Below are positions 26,929-40,784 of a stretch of 64,000 nt of DNA, piece by piece. The translations under genes and the position numbers were made by a program. Location of the stretch: the NCBI GenBank assembly GCA_964057225.1, contig OZ059899.1:20274001-20338000 (forward strand), in the 5' to 3' direction. The notes under the pieces are model-generated. The model saw only the letters and a list, made by a program, of their open reading frames with translations, did not search any database and was not told the DNA's origin. Positions within the stretch are counted from its first letter, which is position 1, and each line of letters begins with the position of its first letter. This DNA comes from Auanema rhodensis. Taxonomy: Eukaryota > Animalia > Nematoda.

Positions 26929-26992
26929 AGATAAAGAGATGCGGTAAATGTACAAGTGATGTGCACTTGGTATGTAACTCGCTTCACGTGAA
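26929..26992 (+). repeat. Truncated 64-bp monomer (112 bp missing)
   Basis: agataaagagatgcggt is joined directly to aaatgtacaagtgatgtgcac..., so monomer positions 18-129 are absent. Confidence 0.96.
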
Positions 26993-28224
26993 AGATAAGG
27001 AGATGCGGTTTTCACAATTAGATTCCCCATGTCCATATTAGTCTAAAAACAAATTTTTATTGATATTGGTGCATGGTAACCATGACTTTGAAATTTACGT
27101 GAACTTCAATTTATGCTAATTAAATGTACACGCGGTGTGCACTTGGTATGTAACTCGCTTCACGTGAAAGATAAGGAGATGCGGTTTTCAAAAATAGATT
27201 CCCCATGTCCATATTAGTCTAAAAACAAATTTTTATTGATATTGGTGCATGGTAACCATGACTTTGAAATTTACGTGAACTTTAATTTATGCTAATTAAA
27301 TGTACACGTGATGTGCACTTGGTATGTAACTTGCTTCACGTGAAAGATAAAGAGATGCGGTTTTCAAAATTAGATTCCCCATGTCCATATTAGTCTTAAA
27401 ACAAATTTTCATTGATATTGGTGCATGGTAACCATGACTTTGAAATTTACGTGAACTTTAATTTATGCTAATTAAATGTACACGTGATGTGCACTTGGTA
27501 TGTAACTCGCTTCACGTGAAAGATAAAGAGATGCGGTTTTTAAAATTAGATTCCCCATGTCCATATTAGTCTAAAAACAGTTTTTTACTGATATTGGTGC
27601 ATGGTAACCATGATTTTGAAATTTACGTGAACTTTAATTTATGCTAATTAAATGTACACATGGTGTGCACTCGGTATGTAACTCGCTTCACGTGAAAGAT
27701 GAAGAGATGCGGTTTTCAAAATTAGATTCCCCATGTCCATATTAGTCTAAAAACAAATTTTTATTGATATTGGTGCATGGTAACCATGACTTTGAATTTT
27801 ACGTGAACTTTAATTTATGCTAATTAAACGTACACGTGGTGTGCACTTGGTATGTAACTCGCTTCACGTGAAAGATAAGGAGATGCGGTTTTCACGATTA
27901 GATTCCCCATGTCCATATTAGTCTAAAAACAAATTTTTATTGATATTGGTGCATGGTAACCATGACTTTGAAATTTACGTGAACTTCAATTTATGCTAAT
28001 TAAATGTACACGCGGTGTGCACTTGGTATGTAACTCGCTTCACGTGAAAGATAAAGAGATGCGGTTAACAAAATTAGATTTCCTATGTCCATATTAGTCT
28101 AAAAACAAATTTTTATTGATATTGGTGCATGGTAACCATGACTTTGAAATTTACGTGAACTTCAATTTATGCTAATTAAATGTACACGCGGTGTGCACTT
28201 GGTATGTAACTCGCTTCACGTGAA

Positions 28225-28288
28225 AGATAAAGAGATGCGGTAAATGTACAAGTGATGTGCACTTGGTATGTAACTCGCTTCACGTGAA
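28225..28288 (+). repeat. Truncated 64-bp monomer, second copy
   Basis: Identical junction to 26929-26992, 1296 bp downstream. Confidence 0.96.
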
Positions 28289-30224
28289 AGATAAGGAGAT
28301 GCGGTTTTCACAATTAGATTCCCCATGTCCATATTAGTCTAAAAACAAATTTTTATTGATATTGGTGCATGGTAACCATGACTTTGAAATTTACGTGAAC
28401 TTCAATTTATGCTAATTAAATGTACACGCGGTGTGCACTTGGTATGTAACTCGCTTCACGTGAAAGATAAAGAGATGCGGTTTTAAAAATTAGATTCCCC
28501 ATGTCCATATTAGTCTAAAAACAGTTTTTTACTGATATTGGTGCATGGTAACCATGATTTTGAAATTTACGTGAACTTTAATTTATGCTAATTAAATGTA
28601 CACGTGGTGTGCACTCGGTATGTAACTCGCTTCACGTGAAAGATAAAGAGATGCGGTTAACAAAATTAGATTTCCTATGTCCATATTAGTCTAAAAACAA
28701 ATTTTTATTGATATTGGTTCATGGTAACCATGACTTTGAAATTTACGTGAACTTTAATTTATGCTAATTAAATGTACACGTGGTGTGCACTCGGTATGTA
28801 ACTCGCTTCACGTGAAAGATAAAAAGATGCGGTTTTCAAAATTTGATTCCTCATGTCCATATTAGTCTAAAAACAAATTTTTATTGATATTGGTGCATGG
28901 TAACCATGACTTTGAAATTTACGTGAACTTTAATTTATGCTAATTAAATGTACACGTGATGTGCACTTGGTATGTAACTCGCTTCACGTGAAAGATAAAG
29001 AGATGCAGTTCTCAAAATTAGATTCCCCATGTCCATATTAGTCTAGAAACAAATTTTTATTGATATTGGTGCATGGTAACCATGACTTTGAAATTTACGT
29101 GAACTTTAATTTATGCTAATTAAACGTACACGTGGTGTGCACTCGGTATGTAACTCGCTTCACGTGAAAGATAAAGAGATGCGGTTTTCAAAATTAGATT
29201 CCCCATGTCCATATTAGTCTTAAAACAAATTTTTATTGATATTGGTGCATGGTAACCATGACTTTGAAATTTACGTGAACTTTAATTTATGCTAATTAAA
29301 TGTACACGTGGTGTGCACTCGGTATGTAACTCGCTTCACGTGAAAGATAAAAAGATGCGGTTTTCAAAATTTGATTCCTCATGTCCATATTAGTCTAAAA
29401 ACAAATTTTTATTGATATTGGTGCATGGTAACCATGACTTTGAAATTTACGTGAACTTTAATTTATGCTAATTAAATGTACACGTGGTGTGCACTCGGTA
29501 TGTAACTCGCTTCACGTGAAAGATAAAAAGATGCGGTTTTCAAAATTTGATTCCTCATGTCCATATTAGTCTAAAAACAAATTTTTATTGATATTGGTGC
29601 ATGGTAACCATGACTTTGAAATTTACGTGAACTTTAATTTATGCTTATTAAATGTACACGTGGTGTGCACTCGGTATGTAACTCGCTTCACGTGAAAGAT
29701 AAAGAGATGCGGTTTTTAAAATTAGATTCCCCATGTCCATATTAGTCTGAAAACAATTTTTTACTGATATTGGTGCATGGTAACCATGACTTTGAAATTT
29801 ACGTGAACTTTAATTTATGCTAATTAAATGTACAAGTGATGTGCACTTGGTATGTAACTCGCTTCACGTGAAAGATAAGGAGATGCGGTTTTCACAATTA
29901 GATTCCCCATGTCCATATTAGTCTAAAAACAAATTTTTATTGATATTGGTGCATGGTAACCATGACTTTGAAATTTACGTGAACTTCAATTTATGCTAAT
30001 TAAATGTACACGCGGTGTGCACTTGGTATGTAACTCGCTTCACGTGAAAGATAAAGAGATGCGGTTTTAAAAATTAGATTCCCCATGTCCATATTAGTCT
30101 AAAAACAGTTTTTTACTGATATTGGTGCATGGTAACCATGATTTTGAAATTTACGTGAACTTTAATTTATGCTAATTAAATGTACACGTGGTGTGCACTC
30201 GGTATGTAACTCGCTTCACGTGAA

Positions 30225-33200
30225 AGATAAAAAGATGCGGTTTTCAAAATTTGATTCCTCATGTCCATATTAGTCTAAAAACAAATTTTTATTGATATTG
30301 GTGCATGGTAACCATGACTTTGAAATTTACGTGAACTTTAATTTATGCTAATTAAATGTACACGTGATGTGCACTTGGTATGTAACTCGCTTCACGTGAA
30401 AGATAAAGAGATGCAGTTCTCAAAATTAGATTCCCCATGTCCATATTAGTCTAGAAACAAATTTTTATTGATATTGGTGCATGGTAACCATGACTTTGAA
30501 ATTTACGTGAACTTTAATTTATGCTAATTAAACGTACACGTGGTGTGCACTCGGTATGTAACTCGCTTCACGTGAAAGATAAAGAGATGCGGTTTTCAAA
30601 ATTAGATTCCCCATGTCCATATTAGTCTAAAAACAAATTTTTATTGATATTGGTGCATGGTAACCATGACTTTGAAATTTACGTGAACTTTAATTTATGC
30701 TAATTAAATGTACACGTGGTGTGCACTCGGTATGTAACTCGCTTCACGTGAAAGATAAAGAGATGCGGTTATCAAAATTGGATTTCCCATGTCCATATTA
30801 GTCTAAAAACAAATTTTTATTGATATTGGTGCATGGTAACCATGACTTTGAATTTTACGTGAACTTTGATTTATGCTAATTAAATGTACACGTGATGTGC
30901 ACTTGGTATGTAACTTGCTTCACGTGAAAGATAAAGAGATGCGGTTTTCAAAATTAGATTCCCCATGTCCATATTAGTCTTAAAACAAATTTTTATTGAT
31001 ATTGGTGCATGGTAACCATGACTTTGAAATTTACGTGAACTTTAATTTATGCTAATTAAATGTACAAGTGATGTGCACTTGGTATGTAACTCGCTTCACG
31101 TGAAAGATAAGGAGATGCGGTTTTCACAATTAGATTCCCCATGTCCATATTAGTCTAAAAACAAATTTTTATTAATATTGGTGCATGGTAACCATGACTT
31201 TGAAATTTACGTGAACTTCAATTTATGCTAATTAAATGTACACGCGGTGTGCACTTGGTATGTAACTCGCTTCACGTGAAAGATAAAGAGATGCGGTTTT
31301 AAAAATTAGATTCCCCATGTCCATATTAGTCTAAAAACAGTTTTTTACTGATATTGGTGCATGGTAACCATGATTTTGAAATTTACGTGAACTTTAATTT
31401 ATGCTAATTAAATGTACACGTGGTGTGCACTCGGTATGTAACTCGCTTCACGTGAAAGATAAAGAGATGCGGTTAACAAAATTAGATTTCCTATGTCCAT
31501 ATTAGTCTAAAAACAAATTTTTATTGATATTGGTTCATGGTAACCATGACTTTGAAATTTACGTGAACTTTAATTTATGCTAATTAAATGTACACGTGAT
31601 GTGCACTTGGTATGTAACTCGCTTCACGTGAAAGATAAAGAGATGCAATTCTCAAAATTAGATTCCCCATGTCCATATTAGTCTAGAAACAAATTTTTAT
31701 TGATATTGGTGCATGGTAACCATGACTTTGAAATTTACGTGAACTTTAATTTATGCTAATTAAATGTACACGTGATGTGCACTTGGTATGTAACTTGCTT
31801 CACGTGAAAGATAAAGAGATGCGGTTTTCAAAATTAGATTCCCCATGTCCATATTAGTCTTAAAACAAATTTTCATTGATATTGGTGCATGGTAACCATG
31901 ACTTTGAAATTTACGTGAACTTTAATTTATGCTAATTAAATGTACACGTGATGTGCACTTGGTATGTAACTCGCTTCACGTGAAAGATAAAGAGATGCAG
32001 TTCTCAAAATTAGATTCCCCATGTCCATATTAGTCTAAAAACAAATTTTTATTGATATTGGTGCATGGTAACCATGACTTTGAAATTTACGTGAACTTTA
32101 ATTTATGCTTATTAAATGTACACGTGATGTGCACTTGGTATGTAACTTGCTTCACGTGAAAGATAAAGAGATGCGGTTTTCAAAATTAGATTCCCCATGT
32201 CCATATTAGTCTTAAAACAAATTTTCATTGATATTGGTGCATGGTAACCATGACTTTGAAATTTACGTGAACTTTAATTTATGCTAATTAAATGTACACG
32301 TGATGTGCACTTGGTAAGTAACTCGCTTCACGTGAAAGATAAAGAGATGCAGTTCTCAAAATTAGATTCCCCATGTCCATATTAGTCTAAAAACAAATTT
32401 TTATTGATATTGGTGCATGGTAACCATGATTTTGAAATTTACGTGAACTTTAATTTATGCTAATTAAATGTACACGTGGTGTGCACTCGGTATGTAACTC
32501 GCTTCACGTGAAAGATAAAGAGATGCGGTTTATAAAATTAGATTCCCCATGTCCATATTAGTCTAAAAACAAATTTTTATTGATATTGGTGCATGGTAAC
32601 CATGACTTTGAAATTTACGTGAACTTTAATTTATGCTAATTAAATGTACACGTGATGTGCACTTGGTATGTAACTCGCTTCACGTGAAAGATAAGGAGAT
32701 GCGGTTTCCAAAAATAGATTCCCCATGTCCATATTAGTCTAAAAACAAATTTTTATTGATATTGGTGCATGGTAACCATGACTTTGAAATTTACGTGAAC
32801 TTTAATTTATGCTAATTAAATGTACACGTGGTGTGCACTCGGTATGTAACTCGCTTCACGTGAAAGATAAAGAGATGAGGTTTTCCAAATTAGATTCCCC
32901 ATGTCCATATTAGTCTAAAAACAAATTTTTATCGATATTGGTGCATGGTAACCATGACTTTGAAATTTACGTGAACTTTATTTTATGCTACATAAATGTA
33001 CACGTGGTGTGCACTCGGTATGTATCTCTATTCACGTGAAAGATAAAGAGATGCGGTTTCCAAAATTAGATTCCCCATGTCCATATTAGTCTAAAAACAG
33101 TTTTTTACTGATATTGGTGCATGGTAACCATGATTTTGAAATTTACGTGAACTTTAATTTATGCTAATTAAATGTACACATGGTGTGCACTCGGTATGTA

Positions 33201-36200
33201 ACTCGCTTCACGTGAAAGATGAAGAGATGCGGTTTTCAAAATTAGATTCCCCATGTCCATATTAGTCTAAAAACAAATTTTTATTGATATTGGTGCATGG
33301 TAACCATGACTTTGAATTTTACGTGAACTTTAATTTATGCTAATTAAACGTACACGTGGTGTGCACTTGGTATGTAACTCGCTTCACGTGAAAGATAAGG
33401 AGATGCGGTTTTCACGATTAGATTCCCCATGTCCATATTAGTCTAAAAACAAATTTTTATTGATATTGGTGCATGGTAACCATGACTTTGAAATTTACGT
33501 GAACTTCAATTTATGCTAATTAAATGTACACGCGGTGTGCACTTGGTATGTAACTCGCTTCACGTGAAAGATAAAGAGATGCGGTTAACAAAATTAGATT
33601 TCCTATGTCCATATTAGTCTAAAAACAAATTTTTATTGATATTGGTGCATGGTAACCATGACTTTGAAATTTACGTGAACTTCAATTTATGCTAATTAAA
33701 TGTACACGCGGTGTGCACTTGGTATGTAACTCGCTTCACGTGAAAGATAAAGAGATGCGGTTAACAAAATTAGATTTCCTATGTCCATATTAGTCTAAAA
33801 ACAAATTTTTATTGATATTGGTTCATGGTAACCATGACTTTGAAATTTACGTGAACTTTAATTTATGCTAATTAAATGTACACGTGATGTGCACTTGGTA
33901 TGTAACTCGCTTCACGTGAAAGATAAAGAGATGCAGTTCTCAAAATTAGATTCCCCATGTCCATATCAGTCTAAAAACAAATTTTTATTAATATTGGTGC
34001 ATGGTAACCATGACTTTGAAATTTACGTGAACTTTAATTTATGCTAATTAAATGTACACGTGGTGTGCACTCGGTATGTAACTCGCTTCACGTGAAAGAT
34101 AAAGAGATGCGGTTTATAAAATTAGATTCCCCATGTCCATATTAGTCTAAAAACAAATTTTTATTGATATTGGTGCATGGTAACCATGACTTTGAAATTT
34201 ACGTGAACTTAAATTTATGCTAATTAAATGTACACGTGATGTGCACTTGGTATGTAACTCGCTTCACGTGAAAGATAAGGAGATGCGGTTTCCAAAAATA
34301 GATTCCCCATGTCCATATTAGTCTAAAAACAAATTTTTATTGATATTGGTGCATGGTAACCATGACTTTGAAATTTACGTGAACTTTAATTTATGCTAAT
34401 TAAATGTACACGTGGTGTGCACTCGGTATGTAACTCGCTTCACGTGAAAGATAAAGAGATGAGGTTTTCCAAATTAGATTCCCCATGTCCATATTAGTCT
34501 AAAAACAAATTTTTATCGATATTGGTGCATGGTAACCATGACTTTGAAATTTACGTGAACTTTATTTTATGCTACATAAATGTACACGTGGTGTGCACTC
34601 GGTATGTATCTCGCTTCACGTGAAAGATAAAGAGATGCGGTTTCCAAAATTAGATTCCCCATGTCCATATTAGTCTTAAAACAAATTTTTATTGATATTG
34701 GTGCATGGTAACCATGACTTTGGATTTTACGTGAACTTTAATTTATGCTAATTAAACGTACACGTGGTGTGCACTCGGTATGTAACTCGCTTCACGTGAA
34801 AGATAAAGAGATGAGGTTTTCCAAATTAGATTCCGCATGTCCATATTAGTCTAAAAACAGTTTTTTACTGATATTGGTGCATGGTAACCATGATTTTGAA
34901 ATTTACGTGAACTTTAATTTATGCTAATTAAATGTACACATGGTGTGCACTCGGTATGTAACTCGCTTCACGTGAAAGATAAAGAGATGCGGTTTTCAAA
35001 ATTAGATTCCCCATGTCCATATTAGTCTAAAAACAAATTTTTATTGATATTGGTGCATGGTAACCATGACTTTGAATTTTACGTGAACTTTAATTTATGC
35101 TAATTAAACGTACACGTGGTGTGCACTCGGTATGTAACTCGCTTCACGTGAAAGATAAAGAGATGCGGTTTTCACAATTAGATTCCCCATGTCCATATTA
35201 GTCTAAAAACAAATTTTTATTGATATTGGTGCATGGTAACCATGACTTTGAAATTTACGTGAACTTCAATTTATGCTAATTAAATGTACACGCGGTGTGC
35301 ACTTGGTATGTAACTCGCTTCACGTGAAAGATAAAGAGATGCGGTTTTAAAAATTAGATTCCCCATGTCCATATTAGTCTAAAAACAGTTTTTTACTGAT
35401 ATTGGTGCATGGTAACCATGATTTTGAAATTTACGTGAACTTTAATTTATGCTAATTAAATGTACACGTGGTGTGCACTCGGTATGTAACTCGCTTCACG
35501 TGAAAGATAAAGAGATGCGGTTAACAAAATTAGATTTCCTATGTCCATATTAGTCTAAAAACAAATTTTTATTGATATTGGTTCATGGTAACCATGACTT
35601 TGAAATATACGTGAACTTTAATTTATGCTAATTAAATGTACACGTGGTGTGCACTCGGTATGTAACTCGCTTCACGTGAAAGATAAAAAGATGCGGTTTT
35701 CAAAATTTGATTCCTCATGTCCATATTAGTCTAAAAACAAATTTTTATTGATATTGGTGCATGGTAACCATGACTTTGAAATTTACGTGAACTTTAATTT
35801 ATGCTAATTAAATGTACACGTGATGTGCACTTGGTATGTAACTCGCTTCACGTGAAAGATAAAGAGATGCAGTTCTCAAAATTAGATTCCCCATGTCCAT
35901 ATTAGTCTAGAAACAAATTTTTATTGATATTGGTGCATGGTAACCATGACTTTGAAATTTACGTGAACTTTAATTTATGCTAATTAAATGTACACGTGAT
36001 GTGCACTTGGTATGTAACTCGCTTCACGTGAAAGATAAAGAGATGCAGTTCTCAAAATTAGATTCCCCATGTCCATATTAGTCTAGAAACAAATTTTTAT
36101 TGATATTGGTGCATGGTAACCATGACTTTGAAATTTACGTGAACTTTAATTTATGCTAATTAAATGTACACGTGATGTGCACTTGGTATGTAACTTGCTT

Positions 36201-36560
36201 CACGTGAAAGATAAAGAGATGCGGTTTTCAAAATTAGATTCCCCATGTCCATATTAGTCTTAAAACAAATTTTCATTGATATTGGTGCATGGTAACCATG
36301 ACTTTGAAATTTACGTGAACTTTAATTTATGCTAATTAAATGTACACGTGATGTGCACTTGGTATGTAACTCGCTTCACGTGGAAGATAAAGAGATGCGG
36401 TTTTTAAAATTAGATTCCCCATGTCCATATTAGTCTAAAAACAAATTTTTATTGATATTGGTGCATGGTAACCATGACTTTGAAATTTACGTGAACTTTA
36501 ATTTATGCTAATTAAATGTACACGTGATGTGCACTTGGTATGTAACTCGCTTCACGTGAA
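30225..36560 (+). repeat. 36-monomer block (6336 bp), copy 2
   Basis: Matches 14609-20944. The offset 15616 equals 88 x 176 + 2 x 64. Confidence 0.88.
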
Positions 36561-39500
36561 AGATAAGGAGATGCGGTTTTCAAAAATAGATTCCCCATGT
36601 CCATATTAGTCTAAAAACAAATTTTTATTGATATTGGTGCATGGTAACCATGACTTTGAAATTTACGTGAACTTTAATTTATGCTAATTAAATGTACACG
36701 TGATGTGCACTTGGTATGTAACTTGCTTCACGTGAAAGATAAAGAGATGCGGTTTTCAAAATTAGATTCCCCATGTCCATATTAGTCTTAAAACAAATTT
36801 TCATTGATATTGGTGCATGGTAACCATGACTTTGAAATTTACGTGAACTTTAATTTATGCTAATTAAATGTACACGTGATGTGCACTTGGTATGTAACTC
36901 GCTTCACGTGAAAGATAAAGAGATGCGGTTTTTAAAATTAGATTCCCCATGTCCATATTAGTCTAAAAACAGTTTTTTACTGATATTGGTGCATGGTAAC
37001 CATGATTTTGAAATTTACGTGAACTTTAATTTATGCTAATTAAATGTACACATGGTGTGCACTCGGTATGTAACTCGCTTCACGTGAAAGATAAAGAGAT
37101 GCGGTTTTCAAAATTAGATTCCCCATGTCCATATTAGTCTAAAAACAAATTTTTATTGATATTGGTGCATGGTAACCATGACTTTGAATTTTACGTGAAC
37201 TTTAATTTATGCTAATTAAACGTACACGTGGTGTGCACTTGGTATGTAACTCGCTTCACGTGAAAGATAAGGAGATGCGGTTTTCACGATTAGATTCCCC
37301 ATGTCCATATTAGTCTAAAAACGAATTTTTATTGATATTGGTGCATGGTAACCATGACTTTGAAATTTACGTGAACTTCAATTTATGCTAATTAAATGTA
37401 CACGCGGTGTGCACTTGGTATGTAACTCGCTTCACGTGAAAGATAAAGAGATGCGGTTTCAAAAATTAGATTCCCCATGTCCATATTAGTCTAAAAACAG
37501 TTTTTTACTGATATTGGTGCATGGTAACCATGATTTTGAAATTTACGTGAACTTTAGTTTATGCTAATTAAATGTACACGTGGTGTGCACTCGGTATGTA
37601 ACTCGCTTCACGTGAAAGATAAAGAGATGCGGTTAACAAAATTAGATTTCCTATGTCCATATTAGTCTAAAAATAAATTTTTATTGATATTGGTTCATGG
37701 TAACCATGACTTTGAAATTTACGTGAACTTTAATTTATGCTAATTAAATGTACACGTGATGTGCACTTGGTATGTAACTCGCTTCACGTGAAAGATAAAG
37801 AGATGCAGTTCTCAAAATTAGATTCCCCATGTCCATATCAGTCTAAAAACAAATTTTTATTGATATTGGTGCATGGTAACCATGACTTTGAAATTTACGT
37901 GAACTTTAATTTATGCTAATTAAATGTACACGTGGTGTGCACTCGGTATGTAACTCGCTTCACGTGAAAGATAAAGAGATGCGGTTTATAAAATTAGATT
38001 CCCCATGTCCATATTAGTCTAAAAACAAATTTTTATTGATATTGGTGCATGGTAACCATGACTTTGAAATTTACGTGAACTTTAATTTATGCTAATTAAA
38101 TGTACACGTGATGTGCACTTGGTATGTAACTCGCTTCACGTGAAAGATAAGGAGATGCGGTTTCCAAAAATAGATTCCCCATGTCCATATTAGTCTAAAA
38201 ACAAATTTTTATTGATATTGGTGCATGGTAACCATGACTTTGAAATTTACGTGAACTTTAATTTATGCTAATTAAATGTACACGTGGTGTGCACTCGGTA
38301 TGTAACTCGCTTCACGTGAAAGATAAAGAGATGAGGTTTTCCAAATTAGATTCCCCATGTCCATATTAGTCTAAAAACAAATTTTTATCGATATTGGTGC
38401 ATGGTAACCATGACTTTGAAATTTACGTGAACTTTATTTTATGCTACATAAATGTACACGTGGTGTGCACTCGGTATGTATCTCGCTTCACGTGAAAGAT
38501 AAAGAGATGCGGTTTCCAAAATTAGATTCCCCATGTCCATATTAGTCTTAAAACAAATTTTTATTGATATTGGTGCATGGTAACCATGACTTTGAATTTT
38601 ACGTGAACTTTAATTTATGCTAATTAAACGTACACGTGGTGTGCACTCGGTATGTAACTCGCTTCACGTGAAAGATAAAGAGATGAGGTTTTCCAAATTA
38701 GATTCCCCATGTCCATATTAGTCTAAAAACAGTTTTTTACTGATATTGGTGCATGGTAACCATGATTTTGAAATTTACGTGAACTTTAATTTATGCTAAT
38801 TAAATGTACACATGGTGTGCACTCGGTATGTAACTCGCTTCACGTGAAAGATAAAGAGATGCGGTTTTCAAAATTAGATTCCCCATGTCCATATTAGTCT
38901 AAAAACAAATTTTTATTGATATTGGTGCATGGTAACCATGACTTTGAATTTTACGTGAACTTTAATTTATGCTAATTAAACGTACACGTGGTGTGCACTC
39001 GGTATGTAACTCGCTTCACGTGAAAGATAAAGAGATGCGGTTTTCACAATTAGATTCCCCATGTCCATATTAGTCTAAAAACAAATTTTTATTGATATTG
39101 GTGCATGGTAACCATGACTTTGAAATTTACGTGAACTTCAATTTATGCTAATTAAATGTACACGCGGTGTGCACTTGGTATGTAACTCGCTTCACGTGAA
39201 AGATAAAGAGATGCGGTTTCAAAAATTAGATTCCCCATGTCCATATTAGTCTAAAAACAGTTTTTTACTGATATTGGTGCATGGTAACCATGATTTTGAA
39301 ATTTACGTGAACTTTAATTTATGCTAATTAAATGTACACGTGGTGTGCACTCGGTATGTAACTCGCTTCACGTGAAAGATAAAGAGATGCGGTTAACAAA
39401 ATTAGATTTCCTATGTCCATATTAGTCTAAAAACAAATTTTTATTGATATTGGTTCATGGTAACCATGACTTTGAAATATACGTGAACTTTAATTTATGC

Positions 39501-40784
39501 TAATTAAATGTACACGTGGTGTGCACTCGGTATGTAACTCGCTTCACGTGAAAGATAAAAAGATGCGGTTTTCAAAATTTGATTCCTCATGTCCATATTA
39601 GTCTAAAAACAAATTTTTATTGATATTGGTGCATGGTAACCATGACTTTGAAATTTACGTGAACTTTAATTTATGCTAATTAAATGTACACGTGATGTGC
39701 ACTTGGTATGTAACTCGCTTCACGTGAAAGATAAAGAGATGCAGTTCTCAAAATTAGATTCCCCATGTCCATATTAGTCTAGAAACAAATTTTTATTGAT
39801 ATTGGTGCATGGTAACCATGACTTTGAAATTTACGTGAACTTTAATTTATGCTAATTAAATGTACACGTGATGTGCACTTGGTATGTAACTCGCTTCACG
39901 TGAAAGATAAAGAGATGCAGTTCTCAAAATTAGATTCCCCATGTCCATATTAGTCTAGAAACAAATTTTTATTGATATTGGTGCATGGTAACCATGACTT
40001 TGAAATTTACGTGAACTTTAATTTATGCTAATTAAATGTACACGTGATGTGCACTTGGTATGTAACTTGCTTCACGTGAAAGATAAAGAGATGCGGTTTT
40101 CAAAATTAGATTCCCCATGTCCATATTAGTCTTAAAACAAATTTTCATTGATATTGGTGCATGGTAACCATGACTTTGAAATTTACGTGAACTTTAATTT
40201 ATGCTAATTAAATGTACACGTGATGTGCACTTGGTATGTAACTCGCTTCACGTGAAAGATAAAGAGATGCGGTTTTTAAAATTAGATTCCCCATGTCCAT
40301 ATTAGTCTAAAAACAAACTTTTATTGATATTGGTGCATGGTAACCATGACTTTGAAATTTACGTGAACTTTAATTTATGCTAATTAAATGTACACGTGAT
40401 GTGCACTTGGTATGTAACTCGCTTCACGTGAAAGATAAGGAGATGCGGTTTTCAAAAATAGATTCCCCATGTCCATATTAGTCTAAAAACAAATTTTTAT
40501 TGATATTGGTGCATGGTAACCATGACTTTGAAATTTACGTGAACTTTAATTTATGCTAATTAAATGTACACGTGATGTGCACTTGGTATGTAACTTGCTT
40601 CACGTGAAAGATAAAGAGATGCGGTTTTCAAAATTAGATTCCCCATGTCCATATTAGTCTTAAAACAAATTTTCATTGATATTGGTGCATGGTAACCATG
40701 ACTTCGAAATTTACGTGAACTTTAATTTATGCTAATTAAATGTACACGTGATGTGCACTTGGTATGTAACTCGCTTCACGTGAA
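33041..40784 (+). repeat. Imperfect tandem duplication of a 22-monomer block (3872 bp)
   Basis: 33041-36912 versus 36913-40784, with tatCagt at 33967 and 37839 (offset 3872). Subtype order matches except for the first and fourth monomers. Confidence 0.82.

Larger units (their letters stand above)
25873..28464 (+). repeat. Tandem duplication of a 1296-bp block (7 full monomers + one 64-bp truncated monomer)
   Basis: 25873-27168 and 27169-28464 have the same subtype order. Both carry the junction gcggt|aaatgtacaag, at 26945 and 28241. Confidence 0.9.
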
